This document shows positions 46,597-56,776 of a stretch of 64,000 nucleotides of DNA, piece by piece. Numbering within the stretch: the first letter of the stretch is position 1; each line of letters begins with the position of its first letter. The notes beneath the pieces are model-generated. The model was not told the origin of the DNA, did no database searches, and was given only the letters and a program-made list of their open reading frames with translations. This stretch comes from Alphaproteobacteria bacterium. GTDB lineage: Bacteria > Pseudomonadota > Alphaproteobacteria > Rickettsiales > SXRF01. A program made the translations under genes and the position numbers. Where the stretch lies: NCBI GenBank assembly GCA_025362975.1, contig JANYES010000019.1, positions 114,168-178,167 of the forward strand, in the 5' to 3' direction.

Positions 46597-46965
46597 ATGA
46601 AGAAACTCTCTTTAATCGCAGCTCTCGCAACCCTGGCTCTGGCAGCTCCGGCTCTCGCTCAGACCCCAAGCGACGTGCGCAATTTCCGTACCCCGTCCTA
46701 CTCGCAGGGCGCATCGGAAGTTCGTCTGGATCACACCAGCCGCACCATGAACCAGGATACCATGACCAATTCGTCGGCTAATCATACCGCCAATACCGAT
46801 GAAAACCACACGACCCATCATGGCAAAATGCACCACCACAAAGGTAAGCATCATGGTAAGAAGCATCACCTCAATGGCAAAAAGCACCACATGAAAAAAC
46901 ATCATGGCAAAATGCACCACACCGATGCAGCTGCTCCGACCGACACTTCAAACACCGCAAAGTAA
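46597..46965 (+). CDS. Secreted His/Lys-rich small protein
   Basis: Signal peptide ending ALA; HHGKMHHHKGKHHGKKHH...HHGKMHH tract; AAGGA RBS. Confidence 0.8.
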   Translation: MKKLSLIAALATLALAAPALAQTPSDVRNFRTPSYSQGASEVRLDHTSRTMNQDTMTNSSANHTANTDENHTTHHGKMHHHKGKHHGKKHHLNGKKHHMKKHHGKMHHTDAAAPTDTSNTAK

Positions 46966-46985
46966 TCATTGCGGCGTTTAGCGTC

Positions 46986-47018
46986 AAAAACGGCCGGCAA
47001 TTGTCCGGCCGTTTTTTT
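46986..47018. terminator. Bidirectional rho-independent terminator
   Basis: AAAAACGGCCGG...CCGGCCGTTTTTTT between convergent genes. Confidence 0.8.
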
Positions 47019-47046
47019 ATGCCCGCAATTTGGCCCGGAATTTAGT

Positions 47047-47592
47047 TTAAACGCCTAAGATATCCATGATCTGGTCGAGCTCGTCGGCCACATGGTAATA
47101 GGTGGACGTTACAGGTTTGGCAAAACCCACCTCAATAATGTTTTTCATCAGCCCGATCAGCGGATCCCAATAGCCTTCATAGTTGAAGATCACCACGGGC
47201 TTATCGTGAATCTGTAGCTGTTTCCACGTGATAATCTCGAACATCTCGTCCATCGTGCCGAACCCACCGGGGAAGACGATGAAAGCGTCCGTGCGTTCGA
47301 ACATATTCATTTTGCGCTCATGCATCGTATCGACGATGATGATTTCCGACAGCGACTGGTGCTCGTTTTCAATATTGCGTAAAGACACCGGAAACACGCC
47401 TGTGACCTTCCCGCCATGTTTCATCGTGGCGTTCGCAACCGCGCCCATTACGCCGCAATCGCCGCCGCCGTAGACAAGGCGGATATCACGCTCAGCCAGC
47501 ATTTTGCCGAACTCCGCGCCGATATCTAAATATTTCTGGGGAACATTATTAGATGCGCCGCAAAAGACGCACAGGGACTTTAGTTTATTCAT
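47047..47592 (-). CDS. LOG family protein, copy 2
   Basis: Same motifs, protein nearly identical to 45717-46277. Confidence 0.92.
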   Translation of the reverse strand: MNKLKSLCVFCGASNNVPQKYLDIGAEFGKMLAERDIRLVYGGGDCGVMGAVANATMKHGGKVTGVFPVSLRNIENEHQSLSEIIIVDTMHERKMNMFERTDAFIVFPGGFGTMDEMFEIITWKQLQIHDKPVVIFNYEGYWDPLIGLMKNIIEVGFAKPVTSTYYHVADELDQIMDILGV

Positions 47593-47734
47593 GCTATCAC
47601 CGCTTTCTTGCTTCTATTTTTTTCTGTCTGTGTCACCTTCTATTTTATGCTTGCATGAGCGACAGGTAAACGGATATTTTCCTTGTAAATACGTAAGTTT
47701 TCGCTTCGGGCTAACACTTTTTTAACGCTTTACC

Positions 47735-48523
47735 ATGTCGAAAGCCCCCATGAGCCAGCCGATTAGCATCGTTATCACCGGCGCCAGCTCCGGCTTAGGA
47801 GCCGCGCTCAGCCTGTATTACGCCGCCCCCGGCATCACGCTCCACCTGCAAGGTCGCAACACCGAACGCCTTGAAGAGACCGCGTCCGCCTGCCGAAACC
47901 GCGGCGCCACCGTCTTCTCCCAGACCGGCGACGTCACCGATGCCCAAGCCATGCAGGAATGGTTGGAGCACGCCAACGCGCAAAGCCCCATCGACCTCGT
48001 TATCGCCAACGCAGGCATCTCGGCGGGCACAGGCGGCAAAGGCGAAAGCGCAGCCCAGGTACGCAAGATTTTCGCCACCAATATCGACGGCGTCATCAAC
48101 ACCATCCAGCCCCTTATCCCCGCCATGATCGCGCGCAATACCGGGCAGATTGCCATTATCAGCTCGCTCGCTGGCATTTGTCCGCTTCCCAGCTGCCCGG
48201 CCTACAGCGCCAGCAAAGCCAGTGTGCGCTATTATGGCGAAGCCCTTCGCGGATGGATCGGTAAGCGCGGCGTCACCGTCAGCGTCGCCTGCCCCGGTTA
48301 TATCCAAACGCCGATGACTGCCATCAACAGATTCCCCATGCCATTCCTGATGGATGCCGACAAAGCCGCCCGCATCATCGCACACGGCCTTGCCAAAAAG
48401 CGCGGCCGCATTGCTTTCCCGCTCGGCCTTTATCTTCCGTTATGGCTGATTTCTTGCCTGACCACTCGCATCAGCGGCCCCTTGCTCGCCCTGATGCCCT
48501 CCAAGCCCGACGTCGAAGTTTAA
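47735..48523 (+). CDS. SDR family oxidoreductase
   Basis: ITGASSGLG, ANAG, YSASK, PGYIQT. Confidence 0.92.
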   Translation: MSKAPMSQPISIVITGASSGLGAALSLYYAAPGITLHLQGRNTERLEETASACRNRGATVFSQTGDVTDAQAMQEWLEHANAQSPIDLVIANAGISAGTGGKGESAAQVRKIFATNIDGVINTIQPLIPAMIARNTGQIAIISSLAGICPLPSCPAYSASKASVRYYGEALRGWIGKRGVTVSVACPGYIQTPMTAINRFPMPFLMDADKAARIIAHGLAKKRGRIAFPLGLYLPLWLISCLTTRISGPLLALMPSKPDVEV

Positions 48524-49866
48524 TCCGCCAGCAGCGGCAAACCCATCACTTCCGACAGCGCCTGCAACACATTGCGGCTCGCATGGTAAATCTCAGGATT
48601 ACTTAGGTCATCGGCAGAAAGCTCTTCCGGGTAAAACTTATGGATAATGCGCTCGATGGATTCGATAATATGATCGTCCGCCATCACGCCAGTCGTCGCC
48701 GACAGCGCCGACATCTGCTCGATGGTCATCGGCACGCGAAGGCGCAAACACGCCGGTCCCCCGCCATTGCGCATACTCTGGCGCAGATCGACATAGTGCA
48801 CTTCATTCACCGGATTTGCCGGGTCGATCCGCAGGCGCTCCAACATGTCGGCGGCGCGGCCTTCGAATAACAGCTTTACCTCGGCTGGCGCGATAATCGC
48901 CATGCTCGTATCGGGCCGCGTCACAATCTGACTATTGAAGAAATAACACGCCACCGCCTCATCCACGCTCAAATCACCCTCACCGACGACGATGATCGAC
49001 ATTTCCTGCCCCGGATTCATCTCCTCATACGCTACCGCCACGGACTCAATATCGCGCACGCCCTGCTCATAGGCATGCTCATGCACCAGCAATACGCTCT
49101 CATTGCTCACCGCAATCACATCATTATGGAATACGCCCGCATTGATCACATCGCGGTTCTGCCGCAAAAATCCTGCGTTATGCTCGCTCATCTCATGCTG
49201 CGCCGCAATCGCTTGCGACGCCGAGAGCGTTTGGCGCGCCGAAGCCGGGTCGTTGGGCTTATCGTTGGCACCATACACAAACGCGTTCAGCCCCTTATCC
49301 GAATGCGTCGGCGCTAAGCGCATGTGGTTGGCAGCACCCTCATCGCGCAAGCCCATCATTGCCGATAACGGCTCATGCACCACCGCATCCGGCACCTGCC
49401 TGAAAATGGCTTTCAGCACACGGTAGGTGTCGTCCGCCTCGATGCGGCGATGCAAATTGGTAAACAAATTCGCAGCCGTCAGATGCAGTCTGCCATCGCC
49501 CGCGTCCACGCCCGGCGTCACCGTCGCCGCATTGGCTACCCACATCGACGACGCAGCATAGGCCTTTTCCAGCAATTGCGGCGCCGACACGGCGGCCTGC
49601 GCGATCACATCCTCGTCACCCCCTTTGAAATGCTGGCGCAAAAGCGGCAAATGCGGCCGAAGTTGCGGCGGCAGGATGGCGGTGGCGATGCCTAACGATT
49701 TCAGCAGCCATACCAGCTCCAGAACTTGCAAGGCCGCCTGTTTTGGATTAGAAACACTACCGCGGTTATGGGTCGAGGCCTTATTATCCGCCGACAAGCC
49801 GCCGTAATGGTGGGTCAACCCCGGCAGGCCCACGAAAATAACTTCTATAACTTGGTCAGTGAGCAT
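48520..49866 (-). CDS. astB: N-succinylarginine dihydrolase
   Basis: THHYGGLS..N.AS, SSMWVANAATV, DEGAANH, GVFHNDVIAV, SMRNGGGPACLRLRV. Confidence 0.93.
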   Translation of the reverse strand: MLTDQVIEVIFVGLPGLTHHYGGLSADNKASTHNRGSVSNPKQAALQVLELVWLLKSLGIATAILPPQLRPHLPLLRQHFKGGDEDVIAQAAVSAPQLLEKAYAASSMWVANAATVTPGVDAGDGRLHLTAANLFTNLHRRIEADDTYRVLKAIFRQVPDAVVHEPLSAMMGLRDEGAANHMRLAPTHSDKGLNAFVYGANDKPNDPASARQTLSASQAIAAQHEMSEHNAGFLRQNRDVINAGVFHNDVIAVSNESVLLVHEHAYEQGVRDIESVAVAYEEMNPGQEMSIIVVGEGDLSVDEAVACYFFNSQIVTRPDTSMAIIAPAEVKLLFEGRAADMLERLRIDPANPVNEVHYVDLRQSMRNGGGPACLRLRVPMTIEQMSALSATTGVMADDHIIESIERIIHKFYPEELSADDLSNPEIYHASRNVLQALSEVMGLPLLAD

Positions 49867-49874
49867 ATGATCTT

Positions 49875-51206
49875 ATGAGTAAGGCGATTTTACGGGAACT
49901 ATTCAACCACGATTTTTCCGATACCGCAAACCCTGCCGAGTTTTCCAAGCGTTTTTTTGCAAAAACGCTTGTCGCGGGCGATTTGCGCAAAATCTGCCAT
50001 GAGATGATGGCAGCCAGCGTGACCCTCGACGGCAAGGAAATCCCGGCCGCAATGCGCATTCCCGGCAAATCCTCCGACCACCCCTACGCCATCCTCGCCC
50101 AGCTCCACGGCAACGAACCCGCAGGTCTTGCCGGTATTTTGCTGGCGATGGCACTTTCAAGCGCTGGCTTGCTGGAACGCGACGTCATCGCCGCCATCGG
50201 CAACCCGCTCGCCGCCCGCCAGTATTTCGAAGCGTTAGAGAAAAACCCGCCTACACGGCAGGAAACCCGCGACGCCTTCCGCTGCGGTCTCAGCGACACT
50301 GGCGATTTACTGCCGGATATGAACCGCATCCCCGTCGATTTCCTCACCCGCAACCCCGATAACCACCACACCAAACGCGCGCAGGAACTTCACGCCATCG
50401 GCAAGCATATCTGGGGCATGGTCGACATCCATTCCGCGCGCGGCAACATGCTATGCATCACCGATTACAAACGCATCACGGATTTAAAAGATTCGCCCAT
50501 ACGCGCAGTGCTCACGGGCCTCGCCGAAGCCATCTCCGCCCACGCCTCCGGCAACGTCACCGTCCAGACTCTCAAAACCATTTTCGGCACGCTGTTTCAC
50601 GACGAAATGGAAAGCCAGACCGGCATCGAAGCAGGCCGCCATGAAGACCCCGCCGCGCCCTACAATGCCGCCAGCTTCACGTTGTCACTGTTACATACGC
50701 TCGGCCTCACCTCCGTCTCTCCCATCTACGTACAGGAAAACGGCATTTTCGAAGGCTATCACGTCAACCCGCGCATCACCTACGCTGACCTACATTACGG
50801 CGACACTCTTCGCGCCCACGATCAGGTATTCATGGCCAAGACCTGCCAGTCGCTCGCCTCCGTACCAGAACGTTCTGACAGCGTAATCGTCAAGCAATCC
50901 GAAGACATCTACGCCATCCAGACCGTTGCCGACTTCACCAGAAAACCCGCAGGCACGATGGAATATGCCGTCTACCAATACGATGAAATGGAGTCGATTG
51001 AAAAAGATCAGGTTGTCGCCGTCGCCGTACCTTCCGGAACCGCTTTCACCGCTCCAAAGAAATTCTCGGGCATTTTCCTAAGTAAATCCGCCGCCCTCTA
51101 CGACAAAGACCCGAGCGTTGGCCCGTGGCCCGTGCACGCCGATCACATCGCCAGCATCAAATTCTGCTACCCGTGCGAGGTGTCGGATTTGAAGATCGAT
51201 TTCTAA
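49875..51206 (+). CDS. Succinylglutamate desuccinylase/aspartoacylase family protein (AstE-like)
   Basis: HGNEPAG, GNP.A, DMNR, VDIHS and IEAGRH M14-type zinc motifs; next to astB. Confidence 0.75.
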   Translation: MSKAILRELFNHDFSDTANPAEFSKRFFAKTLVAGDLRKICHEMMAASVTLDGKEIPAAMRIPGKSSDHPYAILAQLHGNEPAGLAGILLAMALSSAGLLERDVIAAIGNPLAARQYFEALEKNPPTRQETRDAFRCGLSDTGDLLPDMNRIPVDFLTRNPDNHHTKRAQELHAIGKHIWGMVDIHSARGNMLCITDYKRITDLKDSPIRAVLTGLAEAISAHASGNVTVQTLKTIFGTLFHDEMESQTGIEAGRHEDPAAPYNAASFTLSLLHTLGLTSVSPIYVQENGIFEGYHVNPRITYADLHYGDTLRAHDQVFMAKTCQSLASVPERSDSVIVKQSEDIYAIQTVADFTRKPAGTMEYAVYQYDEMESIEKDQVVAVAVPSGTAFTAPKKFSGIFLSKSAALYDKDPSVGPWPVHADHIASIKFCYPCEVSDLKIDF

Positions 51207-51250
51207 AAAATGGTCGGCGGCTTTACTCAGCAATGCAGCGGGGGGCAATA

Positions 51251-52717
51251 TCAGTCCTGATCCATCACAATATCTTTATTCTGCGCCACGCGCGTAAAAT
51301 TCGTATCGCGCGTAAACGCCCGCAGCGGATCCACCGAGTTCAAAATCTCGCCTTCGCCGGAGGCTTTATTCCCGCCAAAACCCATGTCAAACGCGGGCGT
51401 GCCTGTACCCTTAGGCGAATTAATCACTCCATGTCCCGCCTGATTTCCGCTCGCAAACCGGTCTGCTTCCGTCTGGCTCTGCGTGTAAATCCCATTCACC
51501 AACCCGGCATTAGCCGGAAGGTTCACCAGCGCAATCGCCGCGTCGATATCACCTTCATAAGGCGCGATAAACAGCAGCGGCGCGAAGGTTTCTTCCTCCA
51601 TAATTTTTCCATGCGCGGGCATCAAAGCCAGCGCCGGTTCCACGTAAAACCCATCATTTTCTTTATGAATACGATTGCCCATGACAATGCTGCCGCCTTC
51701 AGTCACCGCGTCCTGCTTGGCTTTTTCAAAACGCCTGAACGCGTCTTCATCGATCAGCGCGTTGTAGCCGAATTCTTCCCAGTTAAAGCTCTGGATTTTT
51801 TGCGTAAGAATCGCTACCGCTTTACCATACAGCGTTGCATGCACAATCAAACGCCGCGTATTCGTACAACGCTGTCCTGTCGTGCCGAGGAACGAATTCA
51901 GCAACGATGCGAGCGAAAATTCCAGATGCGCCTGCGACATCTTCTCAGAAATAATAACCCCGTTATTCCCGCCCAGCTCTAAAATCGGCTTCACCGCGTT
52001 GTTTTTTTTCTTCGCCAGATCCGCCTTGATGCCCTTGCCCATACCCACGCTGCCCGTGGCGCTGATCATATCCACGCCCTCATGCGACACCATGCCCGAG
52101 CCGATTTCGCGCCCGCCGATAATCACCTGCAATAAATCCTTATACTCGCCGAAGGCCTCATCAAACAACGCCTTGAACGCCAGCGCCGTGAGCGGCGTTT
52201 TCTCCGACGGTTTCCAGATAACGCTATTGCCCGCAAGCAATGCGGGCGCCAACGTCCAGTTCGCCACTGCCAAGGGGAAATTAAACGACGTAATCAGCCC
52301 GACAACCCCAATCGGCGGGCGCTCTTTCGTGCGCAGCATGCCCGATAACTCGGCATAACTCGCATTTTTAATGGTTTTCAGCAGCACATCGGCCGAACCA
52401 TCCACCTCCCCGCCCGCTTCTTTCGCGGTTTTGCCCCCTTCAAGGTGAATCAGCCCTGCCAACGCGTCGCGATGTTTTTTAACTGCTGCCGACAACACTT
52501 CCAGCATGCTTGCCCGCTTGGCCTGGCTTTCCCCGGCCCATTTTATCTGGGCTGTTTTAGCCTCTTTTACCTTGGCATCGAGGCTCATTGCCCCGTCGCT
52601 TGCAAGCTCCGCCACCAGTCTGCCATCCTCGGGCGCCGTCACCTTCATGCCTCCCTTGTGATGCAGGCTCAGCGTGGCTTTGAGGAAGGAAAACAATTCA
52701 TCGGCGACTTGCGGCAT
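51251..52717 (-). CDS. Aldehyde dehydrogenase (ALDH7/AmaB-like sequence in an ast context)
   Basis: ITSFNFP, WKPSEKTP, SATGS, LELGGNN, GQRCT, EETFAP; AAGGA RBS before ATG 52717. Confidence 0.88.
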   Translation of the reverse strand: MPQVADELFSFLKATLSLHHKGGMKVTAPEDGRLVAELASDGAMSLDAKVKEAKTAQIKWAGESQAKRASMLEVLSAAVKKHRDALAGLIHLEGGKTAKEAGGEVDGSADVLLKTIKNASYAELSGMLRTKERPPIGVVGLITSFNFPLAVANWTLAPALLAGNSVIWKPSEKTPLTALAFKALFDEAFGEYKDLLQVIIGGREIGSGMVSHEGVDMISATGSVGMGKGIKADLAKKKNNAVKPILELGGNNGVIISEKMSQAHLEFSLASLLNSFLGTTGQRCTNTRRLIVHATLYGKAVAILTQKIQSFNWEEFGYNALIDEDAFRRFEKAKQDAVTEGGSIVMGNRIHKENDGFYVEPALALMPAHGKIMEEETFAPLLFIAPYEGDIDAAIALVNLPANAGLVNGIYTQSQTEADRFASGNQAGHGVINSPKGTGTPAFDMGFGGNKASGEGEILNSVDPLRAFTRDTNFTRVAQNKDIVMDQD

Positions 52718-52821
52718 GGGTATATCCTTATACATAGGGGAACCGCAATAATAGCGCGCTCTGCCTGGCCTAGACAAGCAAATGCGTTTTAATGAGGCCA
52801 GGCGCAGATTTCCCCAAAATT

Positions 52822-52837
52822 TTAACCACAACTTAAC
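52822..52837 (+). promoter_or_regulatory. CtrA box
   Basis: TTAA-CCACAAC-TTAAC in the divergent spacer upstream of mreC. Confidence 0.6.
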
Positions 52838-52996
52838 GAAATTACGTCTATAATTCAGTAAGAAAAAAATTGAACTTAGGCAAAATTTCTGTTGCACACG
52901 CGAGTGTGTCCAGTAAGAATAGCCAGTAAGAATAGATTGTATCAGTGATGGCTGGAAAATAAAAATCCCGCCAAGTACTTAAGTGGAATCGACGTC

Positions 52997-53830
52997 ATGG
53001 CTGCAAAGAAAATCAGAAGCAATTCTCTCCTCCTCCCCGGAAAACAATGGTTTTACCGCGCTTCCGTCGTGATGCTGGTGACGATGTCGATGGCGCTGAT
53101 GGTCATGAGCAAAACAAACAATCCCGCCGTCATCAAACTCCGCTCGCATATTGCCGACATCGTCGTGCCCTTGCTGAGCGTGGCTTCCAGCCCGATGGAC
53201 GCTATCCATAACGCTGGCACGTGGATAGGCGAAATCTCCCGCCTGCGCACCGATAACGTCGCCCTGAAAAACGAAAATATCGAGCTCCTCAAATGGCAGG
53301 CACAGGCCAAAGCGATGGAAACTGAAAACAAATCCCTGCGCGCGTTGCTCAACGTCGTGCCCGCTGAAAAAAGCACTTACATCACCGCCCGCGTCGTCTC
53401 TGACATCGGCGGCCCGTACATCCATTCCGCCCTCATCAACGGTGGCACCGATCTCGGCATCAAGAAAGACGAAGCTGCCATCAGCGATAACGGCTTGCTC
53501 GGGCGCGTGGTCGATGTCGGCAATTCCTCGGCGCGCATCCTGCTGCTTAATGACATCAACTCCCGCGTGCCTGTCATCGCGGAAACCAGCCATGAAAAAA
53601 GCATCCTCGTCGGCAACAATTCTGACGCGCCTACGCTTAGCTACATCGGCGGCGAAAGCAAAATAAAAGTCGGTGAACGCATCGTCACCTCCGGCGACGG
53701 CGGCATCTTCCCCGAAGGCATCCCCGTCGGCATCGTGACCTCCGTCACCAAAGGCGGTGCCGTGAAAGTGACGCCCTATGTCGACGCTACCCGCGTTGAA
53801 TACGTAAGCGTCGTCGATTATTCCTTTTAA
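52997..53830 (+). CDS. mreC: Rod shape-determining protein MreC
   Basis: N-terminal TM, coiled coil ending ENKSLRALL, GLLGRV, TSGDGGIFPEGIPVG. Confidence 0.93.
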   Translation: MAAKKIRSNSLLLPGKQWFYRASVVMLVTMSMALMVMSKTNNPAVIKLRSHIADIVVPLLSVASSPMDAIHNAGTWIGEISRLRTDNVALKNENIELLKWQAQAKAMETENKSLRALLNVVPAEKSTYITARVVSDIGGPYIHSALINGGTDLGIKKDEAAISDNGLLGRVVDVGNSSARILLLNDINSRVPVIAETSHEKSILVGNNSDAPTLSYIGGESKIKVGERIVTSGDGGIFPEGIPVGIVTSVTKGGAVKVTPYVDATRVEYVSVVDYSF

Positions 53831-53859
53831 TCAAAATCCGGCTGCGTTATAACGGTTGA

Positions 53860-54393
53860 ATGCTGCAACCGTCCAAACGCTTTGAACTGATTTTCCTGTC
53901 AGCCATCCCCACGCTGATTACCACGCTTTTGGCTGTGTTTTTCCTCATCTCCAAGCATGTGAGCGGCCTGAACCATTTCATGCCCATCCTGCCGCTGATT
54001 CCCGTATTTTACTGGGGCATGTCGCATGCGCGCGATATGCCGTACTGGTTCGTCTTCCTGCTCGGTCTGGTGATGGATGCCGTTATGGGCCTGCCGCTCG
54101 GCCTATCGTCCCTGCTATATATCTTTTTCCTCATCCTGCTGCATGCCCAGCGCAAATACATTCATAAGGAAGGCTTCATGATCAAATGGGGCTATTTCGC
54201 CGCCCTGCTCGGGGTCACCTGCAGCCTCAACTGGATTATCCTGACATTCTTCAATGCACGCTCCGAAGCGTTTTTCCCCGGCTTCATGCAGTGGTTCTTC
54301 ACCGTCTGCTGCTACCCGTTCATGCATAAAGGCTTCGACGAGCTGTTCGAATATATCAGCTCGCGCCGCTGGCAAATACTCCACGGCGTCTAA
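53860..54393 (+). CDS. mreD: Rod shape-determining protein MreD
   Basis: Polytopic; VFYW, FLLGLVMDAVMGLPLG; lies between mreC and mrdA. Confidence 0.85.
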   Translation: MLQPSKRFELIFLSAIPTLITTLLAVFFLISKHVSGLNHFMPILPLIPVFYWGMSHARDMPYWFVFLLGLVMDAVMGLPLGLSSLLYIFFLILLHAQRKYIHKEGFMIKWGYFAALLGVTCSLNWIILTFFNARSEAFFPGFMQWFFTVCCYPFMHKGFDELFEYISSRRWQILHGV

Positions 54394-54442
54394 AATCTAT
54401 CTATGCTCTCGCTAGCAGGCTAGCGAGAGCATAGATAGATTT
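54393..54442. repeat. Perfect 24-bp inverted repeat with 2-nt spacer
   Basis: AAATCTATCTATGCTCTCGCTAGC-AG-GCTAGCGAGAGCATAGATAGATTT. Confidence 0.85.
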
Positions 54443-54510
54443 ACGAAGATCAGTTGCGCACGCGAGCCGCCTTGCGTATGGTAGCAGCGTAAACCCCACC
54501 GCCGAATCCC

Positions 54511-56322
54511 ATGCCAAAAGAGAACGAAAAACAACGCATCTTCACTCGCCGTGCCGTCATCTTCGGCGGCGTACAGGCGGCGGCGTTTTCAACCCTCGCC
54601 GGGCGGCTGTACTACCTGCAATTCATCCGCGCACAGGAATACGCGACGCTATCGGAAAACAACCGCATTAAACTCCAGCTCATCGCCCCGGAACGCGGCG
54701 CCATTGTCGACCGAAACGGCACGCCGATGGCCACCAACGAAAAAAATTATCGCGTCTTTATCGATTATTCCACCCTCAGTCAGGCCACCTTCCGCGCTAC
54801 GCTCGAAAAGCTCAACCAGATCGTTCCCTTAAGCGAAAAAAAACTCGCCCAGCTCAAGAAAACCCGCGTCTCCTCCGCCTCCATGCCCGAAATGCTCAAG
54901 GAGCATTTAACATGGGAAGAAGTCTCGCTGATCGAATTGCACATGCTTGAACTCTCCGGCGTCTACATCGACGTCGGACAGATCCGCCACTATCCCTTCG
55001 TTGACCGCGCCGCACACCTCGTGGGCTATGTCGGCGCCGTTTCAGAAGACGAAGTGACCGACAGCGAGCCGCTGCTTCGCCTGCCCGATTTCAAAATCGG
55101 CAAGAATGGCGTGGAAAAAATGCTCGAGGACCACCTTCGCGGCACCGCTGGCATCCGCCAGCTCGAAGTCAACGTGCACGGCGTGCCCGTGCGCGAAGTC
55201 GGCAAAAAACCAAGCGTTTCCGGCGAAGCCATTAAACTCACCATCGATTCACGTTTGCAGGATTACGCCGCCTCGCTGGTCAAGGACGAAAGTGCCGCCG
55301 TCGTCGTCATGGAAGTCGACACCGGCAATCTGCTGTGCCTTGTGTCCATCCCCGGCTTCGACCCCGACAGCTTCTCCAAAGGCATCAGCTCCGAATACTG
55401 GAAAGAACTATCGACCAATAAAAAAGGTCCGCTGCTCAACAAGGCCATTTCAGGCCAGTATCCGCCGGGTTCGACCTTTAAGCTCATGGTCGGCCTCGCC
55501 GGCCTCAACAACGGCACTATCACACCTTCCAGCACCGTCTATTGCCCCGGCCAGTTCTTCCTGGGCGACCACAAGTTCAACTGCTGGAAAGAAGGCGGCC
55601 ACGGCACGGTAAATTTCCACACCGCCGTCGCCCAGTCCTGCGATACGTTTTTCTACACCGTTGGCGAACGCTTAGGCATCGACGCCTACGCGAAAATGTC
55701 GCGCAAATTCGGCCTCGGCGAAACGCATGCGCTCGGCCTGACGGGCGAAAAACCGGGCATCATTCCAGATCCGGAATGGAAAATGAACCGCTATAAGCAA
55801 CGCTGGAGCGGCGGCGACACCATCAACTGCGCCATCGGCCAGGGTTACGTACTCTCCACGCCGATGCAGCTGGCCGTGATGACCGCACGCATGGTCAACG
55901 GCGGCTATGCCGTACAGCCGCGCCTCTGGGCACCGCATAACGATAAGCCCATCTTCGAGCCGATCGACATCAAAGCCGATTGCCTGCACAACGCCATCGA
56001 CGCCATGAGCGCCGTATGCAACGAACAGATCGGCACGGCATATGGCAAACGCATCGCCGAACCGCGCTTCCAGATGGGCGGCAAAACCGGCACCTCGCAG
56101 GTGCGCAAAATCTTGCAGCGCGGTGTCAAGCAGGATACCATCCCGTGGGAATACCGCCACCATGCGCTCTTCATCGGTTTCGCCCCCGTCGACAACCCGA
56201 AATACGCCGTTTGCGTCGCCATCGAACACGGCGGCGGCGGTGCCGCGACCGCAGCGCCGGTCGCGCGCGATGTGCTGCTTAAAATCCAGCAGCTCGATGA
56301 AGAAGATAGAAATAAGACCTGA
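54511..56322 (+). CDS. mrdA: Penicillin-binding protein 2
   Basis: YPPGSTFK (SxxK), SCD (SxD), KTGTSQ, HALFIGFAP. Confidence 0.95.
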   Translation: MPKENEKQRIFTRRAVIFGGVQAAAFSTLAGRLYYLQFIRAQEYATLSENNRIKLQLIAPERGAIVDRNGTPMATNEKNYRVFIDYSTLSQATFRATLEKLNQIVPLSEKKLAQLKKTRVSSASMPEMLKEHLTWEEVSLIELHMLELSGVYIDVGQIRHYPFVDRAAHLVGYVGAVSEDEVTDSEPLLRLPDFKIGKNGVEKMLEDHLRGTAGIRQLEVNVHGVPVREVGKKPSVSGEAIKLTIDSRLQDYAASLVKDESAAVVVMEVDTGNLLCLVSIPGFDPDSFSKGISSEYWKELSTNKKGPLLNKAISGQYPPGSTFKLMVGLAGLNNGTITPSSTVYCPGQFFLGDHKFNCWKEGGHGTVNFHTAVAQSCDTFFYTVGERLGIDAYAKMSRKFGLGETHALGLTGEKPGIIPDPEWKMNRYKQRWSGGDTINCAIGQGYVLSTPMQLAVMTARMVNGGYAVQPRLWAPHNDKPIFEPIDIKADCLHNAIDAMSAVCNEQIGTAYGKRIAEPRFQMGGKTGTSQVRKILQRGVKQDTIPWEYRHHALFIGFAPVDNPKYAVCVAIEHGGGGAATAAPVARDVLLKIQQLDEEDRNKT

Positions 56323-56776
56323 GCATGCGCGGCTTTCTTGCCCGCAGCCGCCTATAACCGAAACCTCGGCATCCTTACAGCAATGGTCGCTCGCACCTAT
56401 TTGTGTTTGAACGCCTTTCGCCCGGCTGGCTATTGATACAATCGCTGCTTATGGTGTTGGTGTTGTTCGGGTGCCATCGCGTACTTGCCTGTTGCCTACA
56501 CCTTTTGTGAAATCAGCGCCATTTCCAGCATCCACATACCTGCAAGTGGCAATTTGTTCCACACCACCTTGTTGACGACCATATTGAGCACCGCCGTGGC
56601 AGCGGGTTTTGACGAGGTCATCCTTCCGGAAAATGCTTGCATCCATCAACGTTGCGGGGCCGTTGCCAAGCCCGACGATTGCGAGTCGCTTTTTCTTCTG
56701 AACGATGCCTATAAGCGCTATCTTTACTAGCTATACCTAGATTGACAGCAGCAAACGGGCTATTTATACTCCGCAT

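Noticed and set aside
51125-52897. ORF 51125-51982 (+) and the extended 52897 start of the aldehyde dehydrogenase
   Set aside because: The first is an antisense shadow; the extension runs through AT-rich promoter DNA while ATG 52717 has an RBS.
56383-56730. Short ORFs between mrdA and the 2OG-Fe(II) oxygenase
   Set aside because: Possibly a frameshifted small-gene remnant, but no frame has a convincing start or motif.
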